The notes below the pieces were generated by a model, which saw only the letters and a program-made list of their open reading frames with translations, was not told the DNA's origin and searched no databases. 49,210 bases of DNA, taken from positions 1-49,210 of the forward strand of contig JAUCBJ010008806.1 of NCBI GenBank assembly GCA_032718475.1, given 5' to 3'. Each line of letters opens with the position of its first letter. Position 1 is the stretch's first letter. Both the position numbers and the translations under genes were made by a program. The DNA is from Nemertoderma westbladi. Its lineage: Eukaryota > Animalia > Xenacoelomorpha. Shown piece after piece: positions 48,448 to 49,210 of the stretch.

Positions 48448-49210
48448 ATGAGTGACACACCCCATTCGACGAGATACCCACCTACCGACTATGACTCGTG
48501 CGACCCGGACAGATCGACAGTAGACGAACCGAGAAGGAGAACCCGAAATTCCACCGATGTCACACCGCTTGCGTCGCCGGTACCCCGAACGGAAATACCG
48601 GAAACCGCAACGCGTGGCGACGGCAGAATCGAAGATTTCCTTACCGTCCCGCAGACTAGATCGTGGGAACCGGACATGGTAAGTTCGACTGGAAGCCAGG
48701 AGAACGTTATCAGAAGTATAGGAGGACACATGGCCCAGATTACTCGGAACCTCGGAGAAGGTTTTCGCGTTTTACGCGAGTTAACCGCCCCGATGTCGAG
48801 ATACGAGTTCTACACCTTACAGGTAAGGATAGAAAGTAGGGTACATGCCTCCGTAGATAAACTTAAAGGTTTGCACGAACTTGCAGAGTTGCGTGGCGAT
48901 AACTTTACTCAGGTAAAGATAGTAGATAAATTGGTAAGTGCGAGAGAAAGCCTTATCCAGTTTAAGTCGGTGATAAGATTGGCTCAACAGGAGCAGTTCG
49001 ACCAACTGCTAGGTGAGTCAGTTTCGGACGTGTTGTTACAACCCGAAGAGGAAGAAGAACTCTACTGCCTGGACGGAAGGTTGGAAACGCTGACCAATTT
49101 TCTTCGTAGATGCGGCGTACCGATCGACGAACTGGAAGTCGAACCGCGAGGGACGACGGAAGTTCTCACTACGGAAGGCTCGCGAGCCTACCAACATCCA
49201 CCACTGGATA
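48448..49210 (+). CDS. Open ORF (>=254 codons, no stop in window), probable gag N-terminus of element C
   Basis: Hand translation MSDTPHSTRYPPTDYDSCDPDRSTVDEP...SIGGHMAQITRNL...AYQHPPLD; missing from the ORF track because it has no stop; shares CDPDRS with gag B. Confidence 0.65.
   Translation, partial: MSDTPHSTRYPPTDYDSCDPDRSTVDEPRRRTRNSTDVTPLASPVPRTEIPETATRGDGRIEDFLTVPQTRSWEPDMVSSTGSQENVIRSIGGHMAQITRNLGEGFRVLRELTAPMSRYEFYTLQVRIESRVHASVDKLKGLHELAELRGDNFTQVKIVDKLVSARESLIQFKSVIRLAQQEQFDQLLGESVSDVLLQPEEEEELYCLDGRLETLTNFLRRCGVPIDELEVEPRGTTEVLTTEGSRAYQHPPLD

Larger units (their letters stand above)
45241..49210 (+). mobile_element. LTR retrotransposon 'C', 5' part, nested in B and running off the window
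   Basis: Starts with TG exactly where B homology stops; LTR-like promoter block, candidate PBS, ~2.5-kb leader, then an open ORF. Confidence 0.7.

Overview
Eukaryotic, probably invertebrate-animal, heterochromatin-like window with no intact host gene, made almost entirely of tandem arrays and nested transposons. From left to right: a hairpin-dense 5' edge (42-272); a 37-bp satellite (~324-3614); a short RTE-like LINE remnant; a 36-bp satellite (4691-17789) interrupted by a young, full-length Ty3/Gypsy (Mag-like) element (11776-17113, GACAT TSD); a large decayed Bel/Pao element 'A' on the minus strand (17790-~32845); a scrambled relic region with a 30-bp coding-type repeat and a LINE 3' end; an inverted relative 'B' of the same Bel/Pao family (36268-45240) carrying a TTAA-flanked piggyBac-type non-autonomous insertion; and the 5' part of a third LTR element 'C' whose LTR contains a tRNA-like sequence. 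The most notable observation is that element A carries, between pol and its 3' LTR, a decayed ~3.9-kb extra ORF (~1,300 codons). It encodes a DEDDy (RNase D/WRN/EXD-type) 3'-5' exonuclease-like domain followed by tandem CCHC zinc knuckles rather than an envelope. All family assignments are by-eye motif recognition; no database search was run.
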